Origin: Octopus bimaculoides
Taxonomy: Eukaryota
NCBI RefSeq assembly: GCF_001194135.2
Contig: NC_068999.1
Coordinates: 25,119,636 to 25,170,446 of the forward strand
Reading direction: 5' to 3'
Length of the DNA stretch: 50,811 nt
Part shown: in pieces, positions 49,871 through 50,811 of the stretch
How positions within the stretch are numbered: the stretch's first letter is position 1
Layout: every line of letters starts with the position of its first letter
Translations under genes and position numbers: made by a program
Notes under the pieces: model-generated
Told to the model about the DNA's origin: nothing
Database searches by the model: none
The model's input: the letters and a program-made list of their open reading frames with translations, nothing else

Positions 49871-50811
49871 CATACATATAATAAACTTGACTGAGTATCA
49901 TCCCCTTTATGTCATCTATACAAGCCGTTACATGCTTGATGCTTACTAACCACCCGTACAAAAACCTTTCCGGATCGAACTACCCGAAATATGTATATAG
50001 CGCTGTTGGCGCAACACGTAACAAAGTGAAATGCAAGATTCATGATGCTTCCGTAACTGTTAGATAATTATTATGGAATGTTCAATAAATCATTGTATGT
50101 TCTATAAATCAGTGTAGGTTCTATAAATCATTGAATATCATACCTGCTTTTTGTAAATTACTATATGTTGTGTGTGTGTGTGTGTTCACTTGATGATCCG
50201 TTGTGGTTAAGCATCCAGTTGTACTTGAAACATCCATTGCATAGTTCCAAATAACCACAAAAGTGAAACATATGTCGGAACAAGTGCTATAAAGTTGTGT
50301 CTATCATAATATCTCTTACATTTGGCTTTAATATCATAACCAGTAATACTTCTTAGTAGAGTAGTAAGCAAACCACTTTACTGGAAGCAGACTGGATGAT
50401 AAAAATCTACGTAGAGTTCTAAACTCAAACAGGGCATCTAATTGTACATATATATATATATATATATATATAAAAACAAATAGTAAATGAGTATATGCAT
50501 ATATACGTACAGGCATGTGCGTACCGACATCCACCTGTATGTATAGGTGCATATCTGGGTACAGGACATTGCAAACAAAACGTAGACGAGAAAACACACA
50601 AGCCACATAGAGAACATTCTACTTCATCAGCTACCCCCGTTTTAACACCGGCGTTTCGAAGAGATGGGCAGGACGCATCGTTAAAACGGCTCTTCCCATG
50701 GACCGCAAATTAAATTTGTATACACAAATTAAATCTTGCCATGGAGGAATGTAGTGGCGGACAAAAAACAAGACAGGAAAACAAACAGGAAAAGGCTTTA
50801 CGGCCAGAGGA

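Noticed and set aside
5153-49873. Numerous long ORFs made of YIYI, CVCV, HTHT, SLSL or X runs
   Set aside because: They are translations of microsatellites and N gaps, not proteins.
50620-50670. Minus-strand GAAAC...CTGATGAAG as a permuted (type II) hammerhead
   Set aside because: The intervening sequence cannot form stem I.

Overview
AT-rich, repeat-dense eukaryotic (animal) genomic DNA with seven N gaps. The SINE families and microsatellite load resemble octopus genomes; this is recognition from memory, not a database result. The only host gene I can support is a kexin/furin-family proprotein convertase (subtilase S8B) on the minus strand. Five consecutive GT-AG exons (29582-29728, 27621-27700, 20207-20295, 13710-13882, 9644-9883) splice in frame into 243 aa carrying the catalytic Asp and His and the oxyanion Asn. 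I could not find the catalytic-Ser, P-domain or pro-domain exons in the window. The enzyme has several unusual substitutions near the active site and a Lys-rich insertion. The rest is intronic or intergenic mobile DNA: a Ginger-like integrase relic, two mariner relics, Tx1, RTE and R4/Dong-like LINE fragments, Penelope-like (PLE) RT relics with minimal hammerhead ribozyme motifs (including a near-perfect inverted pair), an LTR end with a tRNA-Trp primer-binding site, a hAT MITE with an intact 8-bp TSD, a probable non-autonomous Helitron, and about 20 SINE copies. There are no prokaryotic features, CRISPR arrays, rRNA genes or true tRNA genes. I found no evidence of a wholly new multi-gene system. 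The best leads are the intronic hammerhead pair, the divergent convertase and a possibly (TACA)n-targeting LINE.
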